From Chrysomallon squamiferum (Eukaryota; Animalia; Mollusca), in contig CM022670.1 in assembly GCA_012295275.1 (NCBI GenBank), positions 29,574,001 through 29,638,000 on the forward strand: DNA of 64,000 nt. Direction: 5' to 3'. Position numbers and translations under genes: made by a program. The notes under the pieces are model-generated. The model ran no database searches, had not been told where the DNA came from, and saw only the letters and a program-made list of their open reading frames with translations. This document shows, piece by piece, positions 1 through 13,566 of the stretch; the first letter of the stretch is position 1, and every line of letters begins with the position of its first letter.

Positions 1-62
1 TTAAAAAATACCCAAAATATTATTTAAGTATTTTTTGTATGTTTTTTAAATAATGTTTTCAG

Positions 63-911
63 GAATCAGAACAAGATATTAGTGCTTTGGATATTGCTGA
101 AATGGAAAATAAATATTTTCCTGATGAATCACCATATGGCCTATTCAGATTATGCAGGTTATTTTTTTTTTCATGTAGAACATCTTACTGATAATTATCC
201 AACCTGGATTCTTGAATATTGTTTCACAAAAATGGTTCAAAGATATTTTTCATCGAAGTAGTCAATTTATCTGTTTATCTACTCTTTCTGTTCTAGTTTT
301 CAAATGGATATTTTAAAAAATAATAAATATATAAATAAATAACAGTAAATATGAATAATAGAAAACTTTAATTCTTATTCCTATAGCAAAAATGAAGATC
401 TAAATTCTTCTTATTTGTATACCTGCAGAATTTATCTTGATAACAATGCAGTAGTAAGCAGTCCAGCCACTCACATTTCCAACTGCAGCTTGGAGCTGCT
501 CAGTTTGGAGTTGAGATTTTTTGGTGCTACTATCACAGAGCAACTTGACTCGGACGTTTCCCATATCATTGTTGAATTAGAGTAAGTAATATTATTTTCA
601 TTTTTTATTGCTGAAAGAGCTTTTAATAAGAATTTTATTGCAGCTAAAAAGTGATATCATGGACACTAACTATACTGTAGTGTAATACATGTAAAATGGC
701 TTTTTTCATCATGGTTCCTGGTTTGAACATGTTTAATTCAAGATCAGTTAAAATGTTATATTTTTACAGAGACCTTAAACGGCTTCAACAACTAAGAGAT
801 GAAAGACAAAACAGAAGAAAAAAATTCCATATTGTCTCCACTTCGTGGGTTCATGCATGTCTGGAGAATGGAGATTTGGTCAATGAAAGACGTTTTGAAC
901 CACTGATTTAG
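63..911 (+). CDS. LIG4: DNA ligase IV, last three coding exons (C-terminal BRCT); 5' part outside window
   Basis: GT-AG exons 63-157, 429-581 and 770-911 join in frame: [41 protein letters not shown]...[77 protein letters not shown]. This matches the recalled LIG4 BRCT2 (VYLD..ALELRFHGAKV..VSHVI..KFKIL.ESWV). AATAAA at 1393-1398. Confidence 0.9.
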
Positions 912-1680
912 TTTGTCATATACAGCAAATATTTAATATGTTTTGGAACTCAAATACAATTTTCAGAAACTTCTACAACCACTGCATTTGGCCACAAGTG
1001 CTGTTTACTGTTACTGTTTAACATGTATAAAGAACTGTTTTAAAGCTAACAATTTTCAGATTGCACGTAAAAATATTAATAATGTATATGAAACTGTGCA
1101 CGTAATGAAATTTGTGTTTTGTAATTTAAAAAACTATGAACTCTTGTTTTTCAAGTTATTATTGCAAGTATCCTGGAAATGTAAACCATGTTAATATATT
1201 CACAAGCAATGTTTTAATATTTTATATACTTAATTACTATTTCTGTAATACATATAATTCCTTCTTATTTATTAGTTCCATTTTACTGTTGTTTTCCTTT
1301 ATTCAAGTAAATTAACCTCTGGCAAATACACAGAATGAATTTTACCATTTAAAGATAGCGATTATGATTTGTATTTCTTATTTTTGTTTGCAAATAAAAA
1401 ACACTATAACAGATTCTGTATCATTCTGTTTTCTTTATACATCATGGTAGGCATTACATCTTCATTCATGAAACATACAGCAGCATTACCAGTAAACTAA
1501 ATGTCACTCTGGACATCTGTTATTAGCTGTTGATGTAAAAACACCAAAACTATACTGTATAAAATTAGATGTCTGTCAAATCTGGTCACTTCAAAAGTGA
1601 GACATTTTGCTTTTTTATTCTGCTTCACATTAACAACTGACTCATCTGGCCATTTTTCAGAAGCAAGAGTAACATTAATT

Positions 1681-3384
1681 TCATGTCACCATGTTTTCTT
1701 CTTTTGGCTGTGTTGACTTGTATTCAGCAACAGATGCCTGCAATAAAAATAAATATATTTCAATTTAACATATTAAACAAAAATTAAAATTTGTATCACA
1801 CTGTGCCTGCATGTGTGCATGTTTGTTTGCACACACAAATCATTACAAATACATACTAATATAATAATCATAATTATCTAACGAACATCATAACCTGGAA
1901 AATAAATGGAAAATCTTTTCATTCTGTATTACTTTGTAATTTTAACCTATAATATGTATGCACAAATAAATCTTTGTGGAAAATAAATAACATGGAATTA
2001 CTTGAGTTAAAAGTCACATTTTTTTTTACCTCAAATGTCTTTAGTATATGCTGACACATCTTGTCCAGATTTTTCAATCCATCCTCCAGGACTTCAGTTG
2101 CTGGTTTGCCTAAAATAAATTATATAATTTCACTGAAATTCAAACTAAATTCCATAAATTTAAGAATATAAAATTAAAAAATTAAAATTCTTGAACATAA
2201 TATTAAAGACAACATGAACAAAAAAAAATTGTTTAATTCTTACATACATTACAATATTCATAAGCATTAAAGAAGTCATTATACAGACCAGTTCCTGTCC
2301 TATATTTAGTCATAATTGTTTTTATATTTACTTTCATACTAACCATTTGTTTGGATTCTTAGATTGAGTTTATTCTCTGTAGGATGTGGTATGCTATAAC
2401 CACAGAACTCAGTATCACCACTGTAACAATATAAATGATAAATTTAATAAACAAATCAGAAATGTATGGCAATAATGAAACTGGTAGATTGAATTGCTAT
2501 TGTTACTCAGCTTTTAATATTTTTTTGTTAATTTAATTAATTTTTTAATACATGTAGTTCCTAAAATTTAAATAATTAGTGTATTTTAGACATACCTTTT
2601 TGTAATCATGTATCGAAGAGCATTGCCTAGTGTATGATCTTCATCTTCCATGACAAATGTCTGACATGTTTCATCCGTGTCCTCTACAGCATTAATCTGC
2701 AGAAGAAAATTGCTTTGAAGCAGTACTTCTATAATACAATGAAAGGTGACTACTTACAGCGATTATCGATGCATCTCAGTTTTATTATAGAACTACCCAC
2801 ATTTATGACATTATTCCAAGTATGTTTGTAAATCACCTACACTTGTGACTTTCACTCATTTCATAAATGTTTTTTAAAGGCCTGCTTTAAGCACTTTTAA
2901 GCAAGCTTATAATTTAAATATGCCCTGTGGAACACCCACGGTCTTTGGCACTAATGTATACTCGAGTTAGGGTTAAAACATAGGTTTTCAACCTGGGGGC
3001 CGCAAGATCGTTCTTGAGCGAGGGTGTTTTAGCTTTTTTCAACTTGACTTGGAAGGAGGAATAAATAAAAACGTGTATATATGTTTAGGACCTCTCATAG
3101 TGAATGTAGATTCCTTTTATACTGTCTCTGGTTGATGAAAATATAGTAACCCTTATTAGATATTACTGAATCAAAAATTTTAAAGGGGGTCATCGGTCAT
3201 TGATATCGACTATTGAGTTGCTCATAAGGGGTCGCGGTATTAAAAAGGTTGAAAAACAGTGGTTTAAACAATAAATCTTTAAATTATTATTTAACCATTT
3301 ACAGAGCAAACATTTTCACAAACACAATTAAAATCTTACAATTTTAAGTCTTCTGCCTTTACTTCCAGATCCGTTTTCAGCCAT
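1681..3384 (-). CDS. POLR1D: RNA polymerase I/III subunit RPAC2 (AC19), 119 aa, complete
   Basis: Exons 3384-3340, 2696-2596, 2420-2344, 2109-2030, 1737-1681 (360 nt, all GT-AG). Translation: [126 protein letters not shown] and FCGYSIPHP are RPAC2/RPB11 signatures. Confidence 0.95.
2979..3261. mobile_element. hAT/Charlie-like non-autonomous element in POLR1D intron 1
   Basis: Imperfect TIRs CATAGGTTTTCAACC(TGGGG) and (GGGGTCGCGGTATTAAAAA)GGTTGAAAAACAGTG resemble Charlie-type ends. Degenerate 8-bp flanks GGTTAAAA/GTTTAAAC. Confidence 0.6.
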
Positions 3385-4021
3385 TCTCTGTTTCAAGAAC
3401 TATTGCAACCTGTACCAATGGTGGGTGTTACGAAATACCGACAAAAACCGTCAAATACCGAAAAGGATGAACATAATCAGAATTACATTTATAAACTGTC
3501 GAATTAAACGTGAAAAGCCAAAATAATTATGTTTATATTTTTAATTATTGCTAGATAATGTTTTATTCATTTTTTTTTATTTTGAATATACTTTTCCCGA
3601 AAGAAATTGGATAACATGCCCTTTTTCATATCTATCTGCAGAACAAATCGTTACGAAATATTAAGTAAAACCTTTGCTAAAACGGCAGAGATCCTTGCAT
3701 ATAAACATATATTATATATTACCAATAACATAAGCTGTATTTATTATCATTATATAGGAACAATCAGCGGAATAATAAATAAAAACATGAATAATTATAT
3801 GATTTGACACTGCCTCAACGCAGAAGGAATGATTGGTCAACAATTGGAATCAAGACTTTGATGATAAGACGACGTTCATTGCAGAAAGATGTCCCTTTTC
3901 ACTGATCTATTTAGGTTTGTCTTTGAAGAGTATTTGTATAGCAAAAAAAAAATATATATATAAATAATAATAACAATAAATAATTAATTAATAAACAATA
4001 ATAAAAATAAAAAATAAAATA

Positions 4022-4070
<49 letters not shown>

Positions 4071-7000
4071 TAATGCAGTATAATAAAAATTCATTATGCC
4101 AGTATAAGCCTGGCATAGTAACACATACGAGACTTAAAAAAGCCGCCAAAATTTGAAATATCGTATAAGACCTACGGGAAAATAAATTCTTTTAAATGAG
4201 TTGTACATGGCATATATTGTTAGCACTAACCTGATGACAAGATTCAAAATGAAAAAAATATATGAAAATTCAGAAATTCATTAATCATTTTTCGATGTGT
4301 ATGTGTTTTTCTTGATGTGTGTAAATTTGCATACATCAAAAGGTGCGCATGCATTTGTGTATTCGTGTGTTTAAGTGTGTGTGTATGTGTGTGTGTGTGC
4401 AGAAATAATTAAAATAATAATAGCATGCATTAAGTCAATATTTATCGCATTAATGTATCAAAAAAAAAAAAAAGGGGGGGGGGCTGGTTTGATCTTTGAG
4501 GCATTTTGGAGTTGGAGTCTCAAACTTTGCCCGAACAGTCTAAAAGAAAAAAAGAATGATATTGAATTTCTATCCCAGAGCGTTCCCAATACTGCTTCCA
4601 AGAACTGAAAATTAAACAAACAAATAAGTTACAAATAAATGACAAAAAATCACATACATGCTAACACCAAAGGAGATAGCGAGGTGAGAACTGATTCTCC
4701 ATGAATATCAGGTGTTTAATTCTAAGCGAAGTGTTTACGTCCGTTGATACGATTAATATTATTTCGTAAAATTATTTGACATCTTATTTTCTGAAAAGGT
4801 GAAAACAGTTGGGTTCCTGCTATCGATCATATTAAAAGTAACTGTTTGCACTGATGCATGTCTTTGGTTTCATTTCATAATTTGCTATTGTCATGCTTGG
4901 CTGCTCTAAGTGTGGAGTCGAAACGAATTCACAAATCGCGTTAGTGTACTTAGTTTCAACAATGTGTGAGGTATGCTGAAAAAGGGAGTGCATAAAGTGT
5001 AGAGGCAAAGATCTACAGTGTGGATGTAACTATCTTGATCTTTTCATTGTTCGTTTAATCGTTTGCTTTTCAAAAAACAAAAACAAGAACCTTGGATGTA
5101 CAACTTACAGAATTCACGTTTCTTTTGGTTTGTTTTTGAATTTTAACAAACTTTAATCGATGGAAGGGGTTTGTGTATACGTCTTGTACCTTTGTAACGG
5201 TAAGTGCAAGTAAAATTATTCAATTATCAGTAGGCCTATCTTTCTTAAAATCGAATTACTCATAACAACAACAAAATAAGAAAATAAAAATAAAATCTGA
5301 TGTTCATATTAACCATGTTATAAGATTTAGAAGACATTTTGTGGCTTGTTAAGGCTGCATTATTTAAAATAAATAAATAAAGACTTAAATGCAATTTGAA
5401 TAAAGCAATTTATTTGGAATGCTACGTACATATAACTTCTGTAGGTTGTTAAACTTACTACAAACTATAATTTTTCTGTATGTATATATATATATATATA
5501 ATTTTAAGGTTATGTATTGTCAAAGATAACTATTTTATTATAACAGAGTTTAATTCCTGGCGCCGTTCGTAGAAAAGAGTGCATTGAGGATTTCTGGTAA
5601 GCGAGGACATTTTATGTATAGAAACATTATAGTATATCACTATATGAAATAATTAATTTTGTTTTTTCATATTCATATAGGCTTAAGTGTTTCACAACCA
5701 CTAAAGTATCTACGTTTATATGAAACTGTAACAGAACTGGGTGATTGTTTTTATGCTATATATTTCTAGATTATTAATAATGCGCATTGCCAGCAAAACT
5801 GTACATTAAAAAAACAGATTTCTTGATTTCTGAAGTCAAAACGTCATTATTCTTCGTTTTCAAAATTGATCTACAGAAATACTTCATAGTTATACGTCTT
5901 TTTCTCTGATAACTGAATTTCAGAATTATCGTTTATTTTGTGCGACAATGCATATAAAAATTTATGTTAATCGATAAATTACTTTTCTCACATAAATCAT
6001 CATTACAGCAAAAAAGAATTAGCAATAAAAAAAAAGAACAAAATACATATTATCCATTCTTTAATTCTTTATTTAATTTAAAAACACTGCAAATACAATG
6101 ATTAAAGTGTCGTCCATTTTTTATTCTCTCTTTATTGAATGTGTTGTTTGTGGGTAATACGTGAATTAGTTATCACTGGGGAATTGCCAGAACCTTATAA
6201 GTCATACTAATCCTGTTTGAAGGATTATACTACATTAGATGCGGATTAACTGTGGCTACTTATAATAAATAAATCTCTTTACTTTATTTTGATCCCACAA
6301 GAATAATATTGCTGAAAAAAAGAACAAAAAAAAAGAGTCAGTTATGTAAGTGACATTACAATTGTCTAGTGCACAGTATTAGGAAACAAAATGTATATAG
6401 TTAGAAATAGTCATTTAAGACCAGTTACACTAAAAAATCTGTGACCTAACAATACAAATTAAAATTTACTTTGCTGTTCAGGATTTGTTGTCATGGTAGT
6501 TTACAGTAAGAGCAATATGGGTAAGTAATAATGAATAGATTAGCAATGTGATATAAAATCCTGAGTATTACTGTGTGTGAATCTAAATATGTATATCTGT
6601 AACTTTCTGTCCATCAGTCTATATAGTTACCTTTTTATTCTGTCTATATCTATCCATCTATCTATCTATCTATATTTTTTTATTCAATTTTTCTGTATAT
6701 CTATCTTTTTCTTTTATCTAGCTGTTGCTCTGTACACACACACACACACAAACACACACTAGCAATGCATGTATGCACAGATATATACAGACACTTCTTG
6801 AAGTCATGATATAGAAATGAATATGGAAATGAATGCATTGTTAGATGTCAGATACAATGATATTGTAACGAGAGAAAATTTGTTAGTTTCACCTCTTGAG
6901 ATTTTCTTTTAATTACCAGCAAAAATAATATTTTATCTCTACCTACTCAAAAACATTAAAGGACATACACAGAAACTGATAAACAAATTTGGTACATAAG

Positions 7001-8439
7001 TTGGAACTGGAAATAATCAAGTATGTTTACTTAGAATGATTTATCTACATTCAGTTGCTACCTTCACATAGATCATAGAATTGCAAATCTATTTAAACTG
7101 AATGAAATCTGAACTTTAAATTTTGAATTTAAATAGAAATAGATTTTTTTTTAAAGTATATTATCTTGAAATAAATCATCAAATTATGTAAAGCTCCACA
7201 TAATGAACATTTTTTCTTTCTTTCTTCCTTGAAACAATGATTTACAAAAAAAAAAAAAGTTTTTCTTTCCATTTTATTATTTTTTATAACTTAATTTTCC
7301 TTTATTCTTCCTACATAAAACATTTTAGCCATAAATTTGTAAGACACAAGTCAACTGAAGACTGAAGAGATTAAGAATACTTGAGATCTATTTGTCTTGT
7401 GCCCCCTCCATTGGAAGAACAACACTTTTATATTCAGTACTTAAAGGGTAGACCAGGTTTTGTCTGGTATTTTTAGATCTAGGCCAACTAGTTTGTTTAT
7501 TCATATTGAGTTTTCTTTACTTTTAGCTGTTAAACTAACACTCTGAACCTACCAAACAAACCATTCATAAATAATAAAGAATAATAATAATGAAATATTT
7601 TTTTTATTTTTATTTATTTATTATTATTATTATTTTTTTTATCTGTTAGATAGTTTGTTATAATTCATTTATTTTCACGCGTAAACCTATATCAATAATA
7701 ATAAATTAAAAAAATATGAATCATATTTACAGAGAGCATTATAAAATGTTTTGTGACTTTTTTTTAAGGACTAAATAACAAATATAAAAGGTTTTCTCAC
7801 AAAAGTTGTTTGTATAGTGAATGACGGTTTGGAAATTAATACTAGAAGTAAAATATTTGTTTTTTATTTTCTGCATAAAGAGAAGTAATCTTGTTCTGAC
7901 CATATCTTATTTGTTGTTTGCTTGAAGGGTTTGAGAAGCTCTGATTTAGCAGATAACTCACTTGTAATGACATGGATTATATTATTTTGGAAGTAAAGAT
8001 AATTTTTTTTACATAATTTAATTTTTTTTTTTAAAGATTTATATAAGGAGGTGGATGGAGATTTTAAAATTTTATACAGATTTCCTATCTTCACTTCTAA
8101 AACATTAATATAACTGAATCAGCTGCTTTCATTGGCAGAAACAGTTTTTGTTTGTATATTATCATTTCTGTCAGTTATTATTATTATTAGTAGTAGCAGT
8201 AGTGGTAGTAGTATATTGCTTCTTTTTCTTATTGCTGCTTTCGTTTTTATCATTTCTTATTTAGTTATTTATTTATTATTATTAATATTAATTCATTCAC
8301 TGACTAATTTTTTTAATTGTTATTGTTTTATCTACTTCACTTTACTGTGGATATTTTTATTATTATTTCAGATCAGCTAGACAGAAAAGTATATCTATGA
8401 AATATTTTGCATTTAAACAAACATAAACTTTGTAACAAG

Positions 8440-9295
8440 ATGGATAAATCTGACATTTCAGTGTCAGTAGGATTTGAATGCAAACCTGCTTCAACGCTGA
8501 ATCATAACATTCACAACACTTGCATTCAGGATGATTTTAATGTGGACTATGCACACAAAGTTGACAAATTAGATGGCAGTTTAAAGTTTTTGGATTCTGA
8601 AAGAAAACATGGTTTGTGGACAGAGAATGATGATATGGAAGTGAAAAGTGATATTCCCAGAAACCATGACACCTGGGATGTTCTACTAATGGAAGACAAA
8701 GCCAGAACCAGAGAAGACTTATCTAAAGGGATTTTTTCTGATGGTGAATCTGATCATGATGATCATTTTTTGGAAAAATCATTATCAGAACCAGAAAGAT
8801 CAAGAGCAAGTAACTCTATTGAAGATTCTTTTTCTGAAGATATAGGGTCTTGTGATGATGCTATGGAAACAGACAGTTCTGAAGGTAGCTGCAGAGAAAG
8901 ACTGGAACCAGATACAGATTCAGAAGAGGTATACATGTCAGTTGGATTGGGATGTGTTATTAACAGGTCAGCAGAGGCAAAAAAACAAGAAATGGGAAAT
9001 TTGTCAAATATAGATGAGGAAGAAGAACTGGAATGTTTCCAGGAAGATACAGATAATCTAGATCTGGTTCCAGATGTTGATCTCAGAGTATTAAGTGCTA
9101 CTTCTGATTTGGGTGGAGGAAGGAGAGGCATTCCAAACACACCAGCAAGTTTTCTGGCAGACACTTCAAATGGTCTGAGAAATGTTCAGTCAAGGTGAGA
9201 AGAAATGTAAATAAGAACTGTTACAGAATTATTATAAATTTTTCAGTGATTAGTAAATAATATCATTCTTTGATTAAGAAAATGATTATGGTTTT

Positions 9296-9328
<33 letters not shown>

Positions 9329-12300
9329 TAATAAATAATGCAGTATTAAAAACTGGAGCAATCATCATGGCATTGCAAAATGTATGTTGATTTCAGGAAT
9401 TATATAATTAATAGTATTTAAAAATTAACAATAATTTTAACAATGAACATCATTTTACATAAGATATTGTTGATAATAATAATGATAACACATGAATTGT
9501 TGAAGAAAATAATTGTAGCAACAATAATTTTGCTGAAGATATTGTTGATAATAATGATGATAACAGATGTATTATCTAAACAATTTAATTTTTTTTTACA
9601 ATTAACAATTGTTTTGCAGAAGATAATGTTGATAATAATCATGCGATGAACATGTGATGATTAATAAAGATGATAGTTCTATTAATAGAAAAGCTAAAAA
9701 ACTGACACCTAATAAAGATTTATTTTTGTTTCAGAAGAATGAAATGATAAATGTCAGTAAATTTACAGTTAAAATAATTTATTCTATTTTAATTTAAAAA
9801 AATGTTAAAGCACCAACTTGTGAAGAAAAATGGAATGAGCTTGGCTTTAATATATTCTGGAGACCAGTTTGGAAATGGATACACTATAGTGATAAATTTA
9901 CTGAATTTATAGACTTAGATTTTAGAATAGTTCATCTTATAATATATACATATAGTAAATTATATAAATATGGCAAAATCTCATCTAGTATATGTCCATT
10001 GTGTTTGAAGGATGATGAAGATTTGTGCCATTTATTTTTGTATTGTGAAGAATTGAAGGAATTAATATCAATCTTTCATGAAATATGTATTTATATATTT
10101 AAGAAAACAGGTTTTCCCCTAGAGCAATTAAAAAGATTATTAATATTTGGATGTTATCTCAAAATTGAAAATAGTACAATAGAATTTATTAATATTATTC
10201 TTTCAATTTATAGAATATCAGTGTTCAAAAGGTGTGTAATAGCTCAATTGAAAGGAACAAATATCAAAATAAAACATTTTTTTAGAAATTATGTGTATCA
10301 GTGCTTTAAAATCATTCTAAATCAATATCGTATTCAAAACAAACTTTTAATTTTTATTAACAAATATGTTAAGAACAATATTTTCCTAGAATTAAAAGAT
10401 GACATACTTATTTTCAAATATCCTTTGGCAAGCTATAAATAATCAATATCCCTATATCATGGAAATGGATAAAAGAATTAATACTATAAAATACTGTAAA
10501 TATATATGAATATTCTGAGTAAATAAATATGTGTGCATGTGAGTGTGACTGAGTGTGTGAGAGGATACCTATTTTTTATTCTTGTTATTTACAGCTTTAA
10601 TCTTATTTTAATTGTGTACAACTGTTGATTATACCAATAAAGATAAAAAAATATATATATAAAGATGATAGTTATTATGACAATAACAAGTTGATATGTT
10701 TGGTATTTATTTCAGGATAGCAGACTTGACAACTCCTTCTTCAGTAGTAACTGAGTATGTAACATTTATCAAGTTTGCTTTTTGTTTTAACAAAGTTATT
10801 ACCCGTCTCTGTGCATTTAATATTTTCATTTAAAACACCTCACTGTTAAAAGTAATCAGTGTATTTTAAAACGACCAGTGTCACAAGTAACTAGAAGTTA
10901 TAAAATAAAAGCAGAGACAAGTTAAGTTAGGCAAACAGTAAAAGTTTGTGTATTGTTACTTATTTATTTTTTAACTTAAATGTGTAGTTCTGGTGATAAA
11001 TACAAATGATTTAAAACAAAGACTAAGTAATTATTTTTTATGGAGCTATTCTTTCCTTATAATAAAAACAACCTAATTACTGTGATATTTCCATTATTAT
11101 GCTCTTATTCCTTACAGAGAAATGACTGCACTGAATAAATTTTATATTATTATCATATCCTCAGTCTGTGAGGAACTTTTTATTTATTTATTTATTTATT
11201 TATTTTTTACCTTTAAATTATTATTCTGAAATATGTAATAAAGAAATATTAATTTCAAAGCTTAAAAATGTATTATAAAATGGTATACTTTATTGTTGTC
11301 AAAGTTTGGTGACTGGTCCATACAGAACAATCACTTAAACATATTTGAATTTATTTGTGCTGTTTGCTTGTATCACCAAAGCTAATGAATATCTTTTAAG
11401 TAACTATATTTACTTCATTAAAATAATAATTTTGCTAAAAATAAAACAAAAATCCAACAGAATAATAAATAAATAAAAATAATAGAAATATATTTTAATT
11501 ATGCTTCAACTGCTTGTACTTAAAAGCAGCAAGGATAAAACGGTAAAAATATGTTTATTGATTATATTATAGCTTTAAGCCAATAGATCGCTTAATTCTA
11601 ACATTACAAAAATGAACTAAAAAGACTGAGTTATCGCAGTCTGTAGTTCTTCTCTTCTGATAATAATTTTATTATATCGTTCAAAGTGATTGCCTGCTTT
11701 TGTTATTTATTGTACAGTTTTATTTGATTTCATGTTTATTAATATAAATTTATAGCAAATGACAATGTTTTGTCAGATAGTTTATACTAGAATATATTTT
11801 ATACATACCTATATATATCTGTGCACACACTAACACATATATACACATACAAAACAAAATGAAATATAAAAGATATATTCATTATTCCTTTGCCATAAAT
11901 AATCCTTACACAAATGTTATTATAATTCCATTTTGACTTGAACTTTAAAATCTTTATTTAATATTTGCTTAAAAAGAAATTACAAAAGAATATGTCTTAT
12001 GACCACCATTAACTATTCATAATATATCATATCACCACCATTAACTACTCATAATATATTGTATCACCACCATTAACTATTCATAATATATCATATCACC
12101 ACTATTCATAATATATCATATCACCACCATTAACTACTCATAATATATCATATCAGCATCACTATTCATAATATATCAATCACCACCAGTAACTATTCAT
12201 TATATATCACACCATTAACTATTCATTATTTATCATATCACCACCACTAACTATTCATATATCATATCACTACCATTAATAATCCTATTATACCATATCA

Positions 12301-13530
12301 CCATCATTTATTATTCTTATGATATCACAACCATTAACTATTCATAATATAATCATATCACGACCATTTACTATTAACAATATATCATAACATGGCCATT
12401 AACCAAACTTTCTCATTTAAATACATTTTTCATGTTATATTCACAATACTTTTTATGTATTTCTGTGAGTTCTTTTGACAATTACTTTAACCAAGCTCAG
12501 CACATTACTATTTCACACAATGAACAAAATGTCTTATACTCTTTGTATTGCTCAGTGAAAGCCAGGCAAATATGAATTCACAGCAAATAAAAAAAATAAT
12601 TTGTTCACTGAGTTATATTCCACTGTACCTGTTTTACTGGAGTAAATAAATCTATAACAGTTGAGAACCATGCCCGAGCAAGGTATTCAGTATTTAAGAA
12701 TCTGTGACTTTGGATATGATTGTTTTTTAATGTGTGCTGGGATTTGATTAATTGAGAATATTATTGATGTGTTCTGTCACCAATTGTCACTGGGATTGAT
12801 TCCTGCAGAGTGTTTTTGTGTGGTAAGAAGTAAAAGAGGAAATATCAAGCTGATGGTGATAAAGGAGAAAAGAGAAATGGAATCAGGATCTGGTTCATGT
12901 CCTCCTGTGAAGTGGCAGTTGCCAGCCATAAAAACAGAGCAGGCTTTGAGGTACACTGACAGAATATTCTACATTTTTCAATTTTTCATAAGTTAGTTTT
13001 CGTTATTTATAAAAAAAAACTTTTGGGGTGTAGTGATAGAATACTGTACATGTTTCAGTTTTTGTTAAAAAAGTTATGAGTAACATTTCAGCAGTTGCTT
13101 TATGAAAGCTGAAATCTGAATTGCAGTTGTAGTGATCTGGATGACAGCATGGAGTATTAGTTTCATTTATAATAGAAGACTGAAAATAATATTAGATTCG
13201 TAGAGGAATTGAAAATACTAACCCAAACAGTTTGGTGATATAAATTTAAATGTCCTGTTTTTAACTATTTAATACAGTTGTATTAAATTTTTATCTGAAT
13301 TAGTTTAGTCATTTATACTGATTTCTTTTTAAATCAGATTAAATGTTTTAGGTTTCATTTAACCAGTGTATCATAGATTTTCGTAATTTCTATTACATGC
13401 CACAGAAATTATATCATTAAATAAATACAAATCTTTATCACATTTAAAAAAAATACCCACTCGATTATTTCAGTATATGTAATAATATTTTTTTAATGCT
13501 TTATAACATGTTTAAAACTTTTAAGCTTCA

Positions 13531-13566
<36 letters not shown>

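Noticed and set aside
8763-9164. 133-aa Ser-rich minus-strand ORF
   Set aside because: Antisense shadow of the acidic plus-strand exon.
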